A program made the translations under genes and the position numbers. Shown here one piece after another: positions 41,320 to 56,500 of a stretch of 64,000 nucleotides of DNA (position 1 is the stretch's first letter; each line of letters begins with the position of its first letter). The stretch is from positions 3,658,001-3,722,000 of the forward strand of contig NC_134025.1 in assembly GCF_964204645.1 (NCBI RefSeq), written 5' to 3'. This DNA comes from Tubulanus polymorphus. Taxonomy: Eukaryota; Animalia; Nemertea. The notes beneath the pieces are model-generated. The model was not told where the DNA came from and made no database searches. It saw only the letters and a list, made by a program, of their open reading frames with translations.

Positions 41320-41390
41320 GTTTTGAAAACAGCTCATAGAATTGAGTCGAAACGTCACTATTCTCCTAGTTTTCTTCATGATAGTGCGTT
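41320..41390 (+). mobile_element. Penelope-like pLTR relic containing a minimal hammerhead-ribozyme-like motif
   Basis: TTGAAAA-c-aGCTCA-tagaat-TGAGTC-GAAA-CGTC followed by a tttcttca tail; the same sequence family occurs twice at 58684-58828. Confidence 0.55.
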
Positions 41391-44300
41391 TTTTATCAAA
41401 TGAATTATAGTATAGACAGTTGCTTGTCTATGAAAACCAAATATGAAAATGTCCCAAAACCACAGGATATTTCGAATGAAATCCCACATTAATTCTATGA
41501 TAAATGTCTGCTGTACACAGCGATCTATTTTAAGAATAATGTTTCATCGAAACGATGTTAGTCATGTTAATGTTGTTGCGAAATTAAAAACTTTCCGTGA
41601 ATTGAATGTGAGTTATGCAATGACAGTCAGTGCTAAGTCTTATTTCATGCGAACGATTTCAATCATGTCGAGAACAACTGGAGAATAATAAATACATTTC
41701 AAACGACATCGCGACGAATACATCGAAATGGCTGAGATTTCTGATTTAATAGAAGTCTGTCTGCAGCACTGATCGGGAAGGAACTGGATTCCGGTAATTG
41801 TTTTTCGCAGAAAATACCTAAATCATCGCCGATTGCGGTGACGTGCTGTCCCCCCACGCCACAAATGATAGTTGACATTGATAGGCCGAAATAAAATCTT
41901 ATTTCGATGAAAATGTGCGCAGAATAAAAAGTAATTTTTCTTACAGTAAATCTAACGCCATAGACGGAAAATGAAAGTATATTTTTCGTCGTGGTTACAT
42001 ATTTTCCATCGTTACGTCACCGATGTCCTTTGCACATGGAATTGTTTGATGGCTGCCGATGAATGAACGGTTCACAGTGCTACGCCATCAGGTATACAGT
42101 CGAGACCTGAGCGGTTCATGTTTATTCATCTCTCACGCAACGTGCGTAATAAAATAGCAATCAAAATGTAAATGCTTAAATGGAAACACGACAAACGAAA
42201 GATGCCCTAGGGTCTATGGCGGTACGTTCACCTGATATGAGAATCTATTATATCTTTGTCTATAAATCATATCGGCACAGCAGAGTCATATTCTGAAGTA
42301 AATTAGCGCATACTGCGGCATATGAGGACGACTATGAATACCAATCGTCATTCATCAGTACAGGAATTTACCTTTCACCATGTCTGTACAGATTATAGTT
42401 ACACAGTGTCGTAGACGTTGCACGGCACTCTCACCCATCAGTTTTTACGCCGTAATTCAACGCGCCCGGTGACATCCACCGGTCAAATTACAACCACCGA
42501 TTGTTGCACAACAAGCCAGAAACTATTAGCATTAATTTGAAGCGCGCAATGACATTTTGCGAAAAATGATATAACTTTTCGTCCGTCGGTAGTGTTTGGT
42601 AAATTCCCCCCGCGTACGAACTGAATTAAACAGACCATTACTCGCTCGGCGGCCAAACGATGGTTATGTCTGACGAGAAAAAATTACTAAGGACTTTTCG
42701 ATGAGACCGATTCTCATTCGATGGCAAGATATATATCCAGACATGACCTCGCGTGATAAATCATAACGCCGTGCTTTGTTCTGTTCGGTGAACTTTGCTT
42801 TTTCCGAATGGTCAGCGATCATTTACCAAAGTCCAGTCTCTCGGCAGCAGTGTCGGCATCTTCTCAGACACTTCATTAACTTCATCGTTATAATCTTTGT
42901 CAGCACTGGTATAATACGAACAAAACTGCAGCTAATACGTCATCGAAGATGTTTTTTTTTGTCTAGAGTGGTCGACAACGGAATACAGAATGTACTGTAA
43001 AATCGCGGATGTTGTTCATACGGAGTTTGATACAAGGCAAAATCTTACAATACAAAAGAAAAATGAGTCGGAAAAGTTTCCTAAGCGAATATTTTTATTC
43101 GACGTTTCGAAAAAAGACAAATGATTATCATCGAAGATGTTTTTATCGTAAATTATCATTACAACATAGTCAGAGTGTTTCATCGCGATTATGGAATGAC
43201 TAGTGTCAGATATTAACTATGACGTTAGTTAAAACTGTGTATTTAACGAAGATAAAAAACGGTTACTATTGACGTTCAGTAAAATCTCCCGTACTTTATT
43301 GAACACAATATTATGTTTCTGTTATCGCTTCAGTTTTTTTCCTTTTTTTTCTCTTTCCTTTTTTGTTGATTTATCCAAACGTGTTTCTAGCGACTGCGGA
43401 TATAACGAGCCCTTTCATTCGACAGTAGAACATCACAGGTTTTTTTAACTAAATGGAAAACTTTGCATTTGCACAGTCATCGCCGTTTTCAAAGGGACAT
43501 TAGGCGTGTGTGTACCTCGTCGCGAGCTGATATTAACACCTGAATTTGCTCGCTTTTTATCGGTATCAGACACCGTGTAGATGATAAGGACAAATGAGAT
43601 TATGAAGATTTTCTATTTCAGTAACTGAACGATAAATAATGGCCTGACAAGGCCAGACGCTTAATTAGAGGTCCTAGGAAGGACATTACGCCCGACGCTT
43701 CAAAGATAATTAACCAATTAAGAAATGTATTTGCACTGTTCAACAGAGGTTAAGTGAAATATGCTCTTAGATTGACCCATTGCTCACGATGTAGATTCAA
43801 AATGGCGGATGTATATATGCCATAGTTTTTTTCTCTCGAAGAACTTGAAGGTAGTTTTCATTTGCACAAACTAAGATGGATCGTTAACGAGAAAAGTATG
43901 ATAGTGTTTCATTTGAATGTCATAATCGAGGTTTATTCCTAAAACCCATATACACCTTATCTTGCGTAAGATGCTTATGAATCTGTGGTGTATTTGAAAC
44001 AGATTACTCCTACGGAAGTCGATTATGGTGAGGTAAGCACGTTGCATACTTCCGGGATTTGCAGCGAAGGAGATTTATTTGAAAAATAGCTTTTCATTAG
44101 AATATTGAAACGTATGTTACATAAATATAGGCTTAATGTCTAAGCATAGAAGGTAATGTTTAAAAGATAGGAAAGTGTCAAAAAATTGGGTATAGGTTCA
44201 TAAGCCGTTTCAAAACTTTTCAACATCAACGTCACGAAATACGTAATGGATGAAAATTTCTTTGACGTCGAGATAAAACCTGTACTGTGTCTTATGATTA

Positions 44301-47300
44301 CTGAAGCGTTCATGAACATCGCATGAATTGAACAACACGGCGATACAACATCCGACTATCGAGATACGACATCCTTCAACCAAGCTAACTAATCTGGGCA
44401 ATGAAAGGTTCTCGATAGTTTGTATTATTCGTGATCATGTTCATTTCATTCCGCCGCGTATTCCAATCACTTCTATTCGAGGCAATCACTTCTGCAGCTT
44501 TTGTTGCAAGTCAATTGCATCCGAGCTTCGCAGACTTGATTTCTCAACGCGCCATTACAACAAATCTTGTAACACCGTTCCCTAAAGCGGCCTTTTCCGC
44601 TCAAACACAATTACAGGGTTTCTCCGGCACATTTGTAGCAGGCCTCTAGTGAGGGACACTCGATGCCTGGCTCTGCACTGCAGTGGTATATTTGGTTTTC
44701 GGATTAGAAGCAATCCGTTTATCGTTAAGTGTTGGCGTCGACGGTTGATTTATCAGTTTTTCTCAGGATTTTAGTTGATAATTTGTGAGATTTCGTCGCC
44801 ATTATCTCGACAAAGTCTCCCGGCGAATAGAGGAATGAATCTTTTTACGTCGAATTAGTGGCTCCCCTGTAGGCTTGCTTCAAGTCAAATTCACGGGGCA
44901 ATTAGTGGAATCTCGTAACTCGTTAATTAATGCACGGTTAATCATGTCAAGGGGAAGTGAGTTATCGTATATGCCTTACGTTCCGTACATACAAGCATAA
45001 AATTCGTTGTACCACCACGTGCCTTCTTCTCAGGGACCCCCATCGACTTATCGAACGATTTTACGCCAGGCTCCACGTAAACTTCAACTAAGTCGTAGAT
45101 GAATCAGAGATATATTGGTAATTTACACCAAGGGCATTTATGGGGTTTCACGATTGTACGTAGTTATCTCGTAAGGTGCACGCGACCTCATTGTAAAACA
45201 ACATAATTTAACTCTAATATCTTAATTCATGAATAGTTCTTGCGTGTCTATGGTTTCTTAATCGATATGTCATTCACACAAATCTCCCCCGGACGCAACT
45301 CTAGATACACATCACTTACAGAATATTTGCTGCAGAAGTTTTAATTTACGTTTGACAAGCTTTTGAATAGAAATCTCTCCCACGTTGTCCCTTGTGCATA
45401 AATGTATCCATCCAATCTCAGATACTGTGCTTTTACAACGAGGAAATGGCTATCGTTTCTGCTTTGAATTCCAGTTTCTACAAATGCCGGCTAGAATCAC
45501 TGGTTAGATCTCTTCTAAGCTTTTTCTGGCTCGAATGTGCGCGCGAATTTCATCCCATTGGGATCAAGAGAATGACAAAATAAACGGAAAAACTTTCTAC
45601 ACTTTTTTTTAGCAATGTTAACTGTCTGCAGTGTATACATGTATATACATCGTTTATATTGGAAATTGTGTGGTTGAGTTTATTTCATTGTTAACACTTA
45701 TTAGTATGGGCGGCGTTTTGGTGAGAATTCTCCAAAAACCATTATTGGATACGATTAAGCTAGACAAGCGGTTAGGCTATTTACCAGTTACGAATAGATA
45801 TCAGACAATTGCAAGAAGTTTGTATCGGTTATTCGTGTTCAAGTCGCGCAGGGGGCTTAAAGGCCGTTTTTACATTAGTTTTACAGTCGATCAAGATAAG
45901 CGAGGTCCCCCGAGGGAACACGGATGCACACCGTCGTTTTAGTGTCACATTTTCACTGATAGCAATAATCACATTTTATTCGATTAGTACGTTTTTTGAG
46001 ACTCTGAATTATTTGTTACAAGACTTATTTTTCCGTCGCCCGGGGACACCGACTTGTAGCTAGACGAGGAGAGATGAATTACATGAATTGTCTAATTGTA
46101 TAATGGTGATTGTCGAGCGAATTACATATGAACGTTGCAGCACTAAGAGTTTGTTGAATTTGGTTTTGTTGGATTAGTTACTGTATGATGGATATTGGGA
46201 TGAATATTGCCGGCAGTTGTACGTATAATTGTCGTACAGATGGATGGTACTGAATCGTAAAATTCACCGCATCATCTGTCGCGCTACAGCAAAATGAAAT
46301 ATGTTTGGATGAAGTAGATTTTATCGCCTCGATTTTCTATCGCAATTCGTCGGCGTTCGCTCGGTAATAAAAGTAACGCCATAATAACAGACCCAGCTGA
46401 GCCCATTTCCATCTATATAATATGGACGTTAGAGAAACTACGTTTCGTCAAAATCAACCACGCAGACGTGACTTTTCAGCTGTTTTATTGCCGAGTGCTT
46501 CGTTACCGGTGGCAAATTTTATTTTCAAGTCTCTAATGTTGCCATAAAATGTGCCGGGCGCTACAACTGATTTTATTTCAGCAAATAAAAGTAATTGTAT
46601 GTCACCGATTTGCTCTTCTCGGGGTATATGCCCCTTCTCGGTAGTCGGATTAGAGTCTCATCTTACTTGTATAATACCAGCATCATCTCACAGCAAGTGG
46701 CGGTGTCTGGTAAATAAAACTGGATATTCGATGATTACTGTTTGAACGCAATCGCGTATACTTGATTGAAGTACTGGCACAATAAAGTGAAAAGAGTTCG
46801 CCGCATTATACACTCGTTATATGCAACTTAGAGAAATAAAATTTCGAAGAGGCTTTTGTGATTGAAATCGATAGTATCTTTGCAGCGCAGGTTCACGTCA
46901 TCGAGAAAATAATCTCCCCGCAGAGTTCAACGAATAAGGTCGCTATTTTACAATGATTCTAAGCTATATTTCCTTGCAAATCCAATATCATGTATGAAAT
47001 ATGTTGCTCGGGTGTATGTTGGGAAAGAACGAAACTTCAAGGCGTTCTACTTGAATTATAATGTCATCACACCGGCATATTAGTGTTATTCATCTGCGAG
47101 ATGCAAATCAAGCGAGTCATAAAATATACATGGCTTCTACGTCTTGTTTCTCCAAAACGAAAACAACCCGACATACATCGGGGACATCGCAAAAATATAA
47201 TGCAGCTATTACACCCGCCTTGTCAGTGCACAGGTGTTGAAGGTCGAATTTAAGTGACAAGGGAATACTTTAAAGCTCCGAAATGTGCCTTTCTGAATAG

Positions 47301-50300
47301 AAAAGCTCTTACTTTCGTTAGACTAATTTTCTTCATCTCACACGATCAATCATGCTTGCCGTCAGATGAAGAGCGATGATCGTCTTGTTGTCGGGTTTTA
47401 AGAAGTGTTGCTATGATGTCATATAAGACATACAAATATTGCAAATACGTCACTTGAGAAATATTTCTCATATCGAAAATCATTAGCACTCAACAAACTC
47501 CCATGGTAAATGTAAAACGTCATACTTGAAGCTCTCCTAATCATACCTAATTTCCTGTCTCAATTACGTGTCAAGTTCTACAAACTAAAAATTTCGGTAA
47601 TGTGATCCGGTAAAGACTTCGCGTAAGAAAGGTGTATAACATCAGAAATTGACGGAGAGTTGATCATACTATATATGCGCGTCACGGCACATATACACAT
47701 ATACCACTAAACACGAAAATCCTCTCAAGAAAATTAATGAAAGTATGCTTACGATTCGTGCATAGTCACTGATCAGGCCGATTTATACTGGGGCTAATTC
47801 ACTACGAACCTTATTACGGCTCGAAGTCAAAAACACATTCGACTTAAGCCATCGCCAGATATGGCATCGTCGTATTACTCATTTCCGATCATCTCTCGTC
47901 TGCATCTCAGCCAATCGTGTATCTGTCACATCATATGAGTAATAATGATTTAAAAATATCCCCACGAATAAAAAAAAATCATATCGATGAATGAACAGAA
48001 ATTATATAGGTGTATATCTATGGGCACGAAAACCGTTCAAGTTTTAAGTCTGTAAAGATCAGATACGTTTTCCAGCTATTTGGCTGCATTATCTAGAAAC
48101 TTATTAGCGTGACGCACAGATTCCTATAGCCAGCCGTCAGAAGGAAACTCGTAGACCACATTAACAGGAAATACGTCTCGATTTGTTGTATTTTTAAGCG
48201 TCATTCTCAGTAACCCGCGGTACTCATTAACGAAGCGTACGCGTGTTGACGTTCAGAAATGATTCCCTGACAATTAAAACTACCATCTGAAGGAAATGAG
48301 TTTTCTCTCGTTGTCGTCCGCTAAATCACAGCTGTATAGTGGAATCAACTGAAGGATTTTCTCAACTCTCCACACTTATCAGGGTCCGAACGAAGATCAG
48401 GGACGCGCTTATTTTACTAAATACGTCCAGTTGATGGAAATGATAGTCACTAATGCAAAATCGTTACGCTTCGCACTTAATATATTATAATGGCCGACCA
48501 CTGAAATCAGGCGCTCTGTTTACACATGTTTCCAGTGATGTTTACGAGACATGAAGTCCTCGTTATCTGACACTTGTCCCGATGATGAGAAGTGGCAATC
48601 CCGTATATAAGACGGCCATCGGGTCGCGTGAGAATATTATAACTAACCGTTCATTTCGCAGACTGTTCCGGCGAACAAGTGTGTGTGATTTCCCAGTCGG
48701 TATGACATATACATATCCAGAATTATTACCAATTCTTCATCATTCTGAACCGTGAAATAGAAACACCATTCATATATACGCATTGATCTGTTTCAAGATG
48801 ATTTCACTGATGATTGTTACAGCTGTTAAAAATCACGTTTCTGTCGACTTAAGGAGAGTGTATATATACTTTCTTCTATTATCTAAGTTCGTTTAGATTT
48901 TTTTCTTCATTTTTTTCCAGAGTGAAACATTAATAAAGTTTATATCGAGAACATTGCGCTGGTTTTTCTCATTTCTCATTTAATTAATGACACATTGCGC
49001 AAAACACATATTCTTTTTCATATAGCGCGCTCTTCGTTAATATATTACACCCAGAGTTTTCCAGTTATGGAAAGGTTTTCCCATTTCCGAGCTGTTGAAT
49101 ATCAATTCATCTCATCTCGATTTTTTAACTCATCAACTCCTCGACCAGTCTGCACCAGTGTCCCTTGTTAATGACTAACATCAATAAAACGTTACAGCGT
49201 TAAACGTGGATGAGTTACATAAATCTACCAAAATTAGATAATTAGCAGCCATAATTGATCAGACGATATCTAACGAGTAAATGACAAAAATATGTCAAGT
49301 GTAACAGCTGAATATTGCAATTGAAAAGTTGGCATATGTTAGAAGTTTTAGTTTGAAATTGTGAATTGCCTGTTTTTATGATAGTTCAATTATTTTGCCT
49401 CATAGATTCGTTAGGCGGAGGTCAACGGGAATACAAATTCACACGACAGATTGAAATTTAACATGCATGAACTGGATGAATTTTATATTTGAAGGTTTTC
49501 GCGTGATGTTTGAGATGACAATCCACCCATCGCAATCCCGCTGGTATACTACTGATGAATGCAGCATATTAAAAGTTGAATTAACGTTGACCTGAAAGTA
49601 ATCAAACAGGTCCACTTCGTTCCTCTCGGGTGAATAGTTTCGTCACAATATCTATTGGTCACTTGTGATTATAACTCCCGCCGGTTTACTGATGTTCTAT
49701 AAAGTGATGGCGTGTTAGACAATCCGTAACATCCCAAATAAAATGCACGCGATGAAGCAACACGCACATTTCATATTCAATGACGTACACGTTATCTGCC
49801 TGGGAGCTACTGATACGAATTGGACGAAAAACTATTTTATAGAACTTCAAATCTCCTAATCTAGCTTCTAAGTCTTCGCCAAGATCCCCTTTTCACGTGG
49901 TACATATATTAGTTTTAAAAATGTCGCATGATAGAAGTAGAAAAATTTCAAAAGCCTAAAAGTGCCCGATATTTTGATGGCAATTCGTTCAATAAATTCC
50001 GATTGATCAGTTCCCAATGGACAGATAAGACGGGAGATGAGAGTGCATTTGGTGACATTGGTTGAAAGAGATCAGGGTATTGGCGGTTGAAAGAACAACG
50101 CATCAATCATTATTTGACGTTATATGTGAACGGAATGAAGCGTAATAGCGTAAAAAACACTTTTATTCATGAGCTGGACAACTCCACCGGAAGTAATCGT
50201 CATCGCCGAGTAACGCAACGACGACTGGTTCAGGTTTATGAAGGTTTAGGTTGGATTTGTTGGAAAGGGGTTTGATTTACCAGTGATGTCTAAATACAAA

Positions 50301-50440
50301 TCGTAAAGCCGTATAAAGTTTGAAAAAATTATTTTTTGCATCACTGTCACACGGCCTGGATCTGTTTTTGATGATTATGTCAGACTATAGTAGAACAGCC
50401 ACACTCGATTACTGTGATTTAACCCATTATGTTCAAATCT

Positions 50441-50541
50441 AAAAGATTAAAAGCAGAATTCATTTATCAACGAGCAAAAATTAAAAACGTTGCGTCGTCC
50501 GTTTCTTATTCGCGATAAATAAATTCTGCTTTTAATCTTTT
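50441..50541. repeat. Short inverted repeat / small MITE-like hairpin
   Basis: aaaagattaaaagcagaattcatttatc (50441-50468) vs gataaataaattctgcttttaatctttt (50514-50541), one mismatch. Confidence 0.7.
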
Positions 50542-53500
50542 AAATTTCTGAAAAATTGGATCGAATTTCTTAAGTTCCGAAATCCAATACGGAAATCAGA
50601 GCTAATTGATGAAAAATTGCTTGACTGTTATTGAAACCTTGGGGGTTAGCTGAAATGATTTTGGACATTTTTCTTTACTGTTTCGTATGGCTACAGGTCT
50701 TTCATCTCCTTATTAACCTTTTATCGTTTGTCAGGGTATGCAGATCACGTTTTAAGTTTTAGTTCCAGGTAGCGTTATCATCCGTACCGGCGTCTCAAAA
50801 GTCAACCGTGCAAAGAATATAATTTAATTTTAATCAAAGCAAAATCGCGAGCCGCCGAAAGAAAGCAGATGATGAATGGGGATCTGTTGATGATAAATCC
50901 AGTGTCGTCGACAAAATCAACAGCGATTAGAACACCGCGGAAGTCAAACAATAAATCAAAGTAAGGTGTTAAACAACGGAACGATTTTAGCGATGTTTCA
51001 TTTGGGCGCAGGAAGTAGTGATGAAACCATACGTTTTCATAATGATACTTGAGAAAATAAATACAACCAAGAAATGGAATTTGAAACCAAGTCGTCGTAA
51101 ATGCATTAAATACAAATGCATGTCAAATATCATGATATACCCGAAGATATATAAGTTCTAAATGGTTGTTTTTAGTGACAATGACTTCTCGAATATCAGC
51201 TTCACATGAAATATGTATCGTAGCGCAATGTTTGTCACCTATCCGTGCCAGTCACGTCATGGTATTCATTTTTCTTAGTGGGTTCGGCGTAAATAAAAAA
51301 GGAGAGAATTCGAGAACTAGATCTACGAATAAGATCTCGAGAAAGGTAGAAATCTTTAGAATCGAAAAGAAAAACTGCGTAAAGATGCTTCTGCGCTATA
51401 TGCCGAAACAACGATGTGGGAAACGAACGAAAACTGATTGAATTCGAGAAGATAAAGCTCAAAATAAATAAATCGTATTATTTCCGACGCAATTACAAAT
51501 TGCGTTGTGTCTTACTCGAATATGATATCAATTGATTTAGAACGTGAGAATTGACGATGTGATGAGATGAATATTTACAGGAGGCTCTGTCTACTTCGTT
51601 GGTATATTCACGCGCGCTATTTTCACACGTCTTATCAACAACCGGTTGTAATTTGTATCAGATTTGAATACGGCAGCAGTTCGAAAGTTTATTAACTTCT
51701 CTGGATACGAGAAGAAACTTCAAAATACCCCCAATGAATTTCAGTCGCGAATTGTGAAATTGCACTCGATATGTTTACAGAATAATGCTCATGATTAGAT
51801 CATTACATCATCATATCACGTAACACCCCGTGAATTCAGTTCAATCGTACGATCATCTCTTCTTAAAGGGTGTTACAGCATGGCGATGACTTTTATTCTT
51901 GATCAATTATTTATCAAGATGATAACTTATCCGACGGTAACCTATCCGTCATAAGATCATAGATAATGTTCATTTGAGTTATTCATATCGTGTTACAGAA
52001 ATGGCGTGCTATCGTATACTGAATGATATTGGAACTGAAATAAACATTTCATCCGCAGCACAATCGCTCGTCATCGCCGCTTATTCCTCATAAATTGAAT
52101 CCGTGCAATACATGATAAGCTATCGATAGTGGAAGCGATTGGCAATGAGTTACTTTGCATCGGTAATACGTAATTTAGATTACATTGGATTACAGGTGTA
52201 TCGTCGCAATGGCGTCTTCCTATTCCACGGCAACATTTATACACGTAAAACTCGTCGAATGATGATGGTTCTGTCTTCGAATCCCAAGTCGCGCATGAAT
52301 ATCTTTCAGTGATCTTTACAGCCCTGTTTAATATCGTTGCGTCGTATTTATCATGTATGATATGCAAGCAACGTCACCGATGCAATAACAGGTTACATTA
52401 GACAGTACATCCAGCATGCAAGTAAACAGTTGTCAATTTGCAGAAAATTTCGGTTATTATTTGAACGCATTCATTCTTTTTTTTAATGTAAATCATCGAT
52501 TCGACGATATCATTAGTTTCTTTTTTCGGTTCTCGCTGTCGCGAGCTATAATTTTCGACACGTTTGACTTCAAGCATCAATCATCGAACTAACAACACTT
52601 CACGTAAAAAATGCGTTCGATACGAACGGAGTAAACATTTTCCAAGCAAATTAGAATAAGCGATATTGTGACTAGATCACGTCGAATATTTGCGAACAGA
52701 AAATAAAGTATAATATGAATACATCCAGTGATTAATATACAACGTCTATAAGTGGTACTTAAAAATGACAATGAGTATTGAAGATAGTGTTGTTGGATAG
52801 TAGTGGGCACTATGGCCAATTTATTGGAAGACTACTCAAGTTTGGTTCGTTTTATTTTTAAAGACGATAATTGTTGCCATAATTCCAGCAATACTTTGTA
52901 TAAACGTGGATTTGCTCTATAACAGATACGTCCCGACACTGATTGGTTGTAATGTCAAAGTCGACGTTACCCGGGGAATCCGCTGACCTACTCGTAACAC
53001 TTCATCCCCATTCCCCATTGCACTGTCAACATTCGTTTGCGATACCTTATCAACCTAAACCAGTCCCGGTCCACCTGCTACGGCCAAGGTGCCCGCGATT
53101 AAAGATGACATTAGTTTTGCACCGTACACTACCGGAAGTCGATCGCGTCCATGAAGAAATACTTGAGAGGCTGTACACGTTCGAGGGTAAATTGTCCATT
53201 ATTGGGTCATTAGAGGCCACGAGAGAGAGCACGGATGAGCTGCGTATCGCCGCAAATTGTATGACAACAGACTCACTCTATATTCCTGCAAGGAGAGGCG
53301 ACGGAGCCACTTACCGGAATAATCAGTTTTTCGCTAGTGTATGTACGTTCAGTGTTCAATCTCCAAAACGAATTCACTAGGACTGAAATTTCGACTCGCT
53401 TCTCGCGCCTAACAAATGCTGCGATTAGTCAAAACACATCCGTTCTTTTTCAGACGCAAACAAATTTTGCGCCCGGTTTAAGAACTGTTGAGTGGCGATG

Positions 53501-56500
53501 AAGAAACGGCTCCGAGGTCGACGCTTAATCGGGTAAAGTCTATTTACAACAAAAATACGAGAACGATGGTTCGCACGCAAAACGATCGTTCGTTGCGAGT
53601 CATAATCGTAAAAAATCATTGAAAGATACGTTAACGTAACGGTTTTTCATTTATATTGGCTTAGTCGTCGCACACGCCGTTGCATATAGATGTTTTTCTC
53701 ACAATATCCGATACCCCTGTAGCAATCACAAGCTTTGCGTGCTCCATTGAAGTGCATCTCGCGAGCACCTGCTCTCTCGCAGTTTAAAACAACGAAATAA
53801 CAGATTACTTTTTAACAGACCGTACACGAGAACACAGTCAACGATCGCTGGCCATATTGGCTTACATTCATTTGTCGATACGTCAAAATGATCGGTTCCT
53901 GTAAAAGTAACGTTACGTTTCCGTGTGCAAACATTTAGAGAAATGAATCATTGTTACAAAAATAGGTTGGAACCTTAAAAGTAAGTGACGTTTGGAGAGT
54001 ACTAGATTTACCAATATTGGAAATTCGACGTCAAACCTCTGTATTTTAGGCTTTATTAGTTTCAAATTTCATATGCAGTTGTGCTTCTTGCACTGCTGCT
54101 AAATGAATCGTGCATGACATCATGGATAAACTTACGGTTTAACGCTGCTGAGCTCCCATGTTTTATTTGATTCCAAGTTTAGTGCAGTTTGACTCTTAAT
54201 GGTGTCATTTATTGCCTTAACGGTTTTACTCAAGTGACCGTTTAGATTTGAATTGCTCGCCGTTTTCAATTGAATTGTTGCTAGAAAACGCTTTCCGATT
54301 GCTGCAGGAGTCGCGCCGAGTTGATCAAAGACGTATTTTACAATCACACAAGAAGCTATTAACGTCAAAATGTCTTCTAGCGGTTTAAATGAATGAATCA
54401 AGCGAAAGAATAAAATACAAGCGTCCAAATAGATATTACATTAATCTCCAAGAAGTTGGGATTGGATTCATTTGCTTAAATGCTACACGTTCATAGGCCC
54501 ATGGCTGGGTCCAAACCTATACCAAAAGGGCAATTTCGCGAATGAATTATTAGATAAGAAAAGGCAAAAAGTCAATTCCATATCGAAATGTCATAGTGTA
54601 CGTATTAGAACCCTTTTTGATCAGAACAGCGAACACTGTGTCCTTTTTAACAAGACCCTAGAAGCCGTTTTCTAAAATCTGCCCCCTTTCTTAAGTAAAT
54701 GCCGTAAAGATGAATCTCAAAATATAAAACCCCGTTCAAACCTTCGAGTTAAGTTTTGGCCAAGGAATGGAACTGACCCATGGATTAACGCCATTGTTTC
54801 ACAGAAACATCAAGACAAAACATGATTAATTGATTTGTCCGACACTTTCCTTGCTAATTTGTCACATCACTGGATCAAATGAATGAGGGACGAGATATAG
54901 AATAGCTATAGGAGGCAAAGAGGAGACGAGATTAAAATGTGCGGGAGAGAGATGGAGCAGGGACGAGTGAGAGACGGGTATAAAGGCTGAGTCGCACATA
55001 GAAATATCTTGTTTTATACACATATGGTGTCGTCTGCAGGTGTGTTTGTCGTTTGTCCTTTGTCGTTTGTTTTCGGTTTGCCAAGCGTAATTCACCATCG
55101 GTCACAGGCACGAAAACAGCCGAACCAATTCCCCACAACCATCAAGTCTCTCCGTGTATGTCGGTTTATCTATATTACTATATTCTTTCATAATATAGTG
55201 TATTTTCGTTAGCTCTTGGCGCTTGTCTAAGACTGAGATGTATTGAAGTTGTTTCATCCGAACAATCAAGTCGTATTTGACAGTGAATTAACTAAACAGT
55301 CACACTCCCTTCCCCTAATGACGCGGAGCTTTATATAAGATACACAATTATTGTATTCGTACTAACTAGCTTGTCTATAATCACTCCCTTGTCAACTAAA
55401 ATAACCGATCGCTACGTCAATGACGCTTTAGTATCTTCTGGACATAAAGTACGTATTATATATGGCTTCCCGCTGGCATCTCGTGGTCGTCTGCGATCAT
55501 CAGACGGTAACTGAGATATATGCCATTAATTCAACATAGAACCGCGTAAAACCAACAACAGCCTCTTGTTCCCGTGTTGGCATCTTTGTCTGTCCGCAAT
55601 CAGGAGACTATTTCGAGGCGATAAAGGATCATTACTTTCGATACGGGAGCACAAAGACCTCCCCATAATATTCCATCCACAAACAGATGCCGATATAATA
55701 CCGGGGAATAATGCATCATGACCGTAGGTTATTCTCGATGATCGCTACTACGAAGTCACGTTGATCTTCGACTGACCGTTGGTTGTTAGCGCAAGTCCGT
55801 CAGACCATTAGTTCGACAAACAGAATGCGGTGCTTCTGAATAGAGGCATTTCCGGCAACTTATCGGCGACCGTATCGGCCAATAAAACAGGCGTCGCTAC
55901 GATGTAGAAAAAAAACACGCGTGTCTTGAATCTTACCGAAGAAGATGTTCCCGCACGGACAGCGAATTGATAATATACTCCTTTTGTAGGCGTTAGCAGC
56001 CTTATATCAACGCATAAAAGAACTTTTCTTTTCAGGGTGAATTACCGCGTTCAAAGAAGAACAGCCTTGCATCTATTTCTCACAACGTGACCATTCATTT
56101 TGATGTGCAGACCGTTATTCGAATTTACCCCTGTCAATTCGAGTTGAGCCGCAATCACTCAGAGAGTGCGATCAGGCCTCGATGAGATTTGAAAAAGACT
56201 AGATTCATTCCGATGCTAAAATAAAGGGAGCAAGTAGGTCTTCGTATGGTCTATCGTACGGTACACTCTATTCCAAATTACAATAAAATTACACAAATCT
56301 ATTTTTTTCAAAAGCAGTGCTTTTATACGGCATCAAACTAAGCGGATGAAATATCTCCTTTCACTTCCTTTTGTCTTAATCCAAAACGGAAGACAAACTC
56401 CGATATTTTTGTAGCCTACGCAATCGATCGCGCATAAGCGGCATGAAAGCATTCATTTCACATTTCACGGGAAGACCTATTAGTAATATTCGCTTTAAAT

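Noticed and set aside
53277-53285. 9-nt microexon with strong splice signals on the - strand
   Set aside because: In the required phase it introduces TAG; could be chance or a poison exon, with no further evidence.
52943-53380. 145-aa ORF and other 60-120-aa ORFs in the large intron
   Set aside because: No recognisable domains or transposase/RT motifs and no exon chains; consistent with random ORFs.
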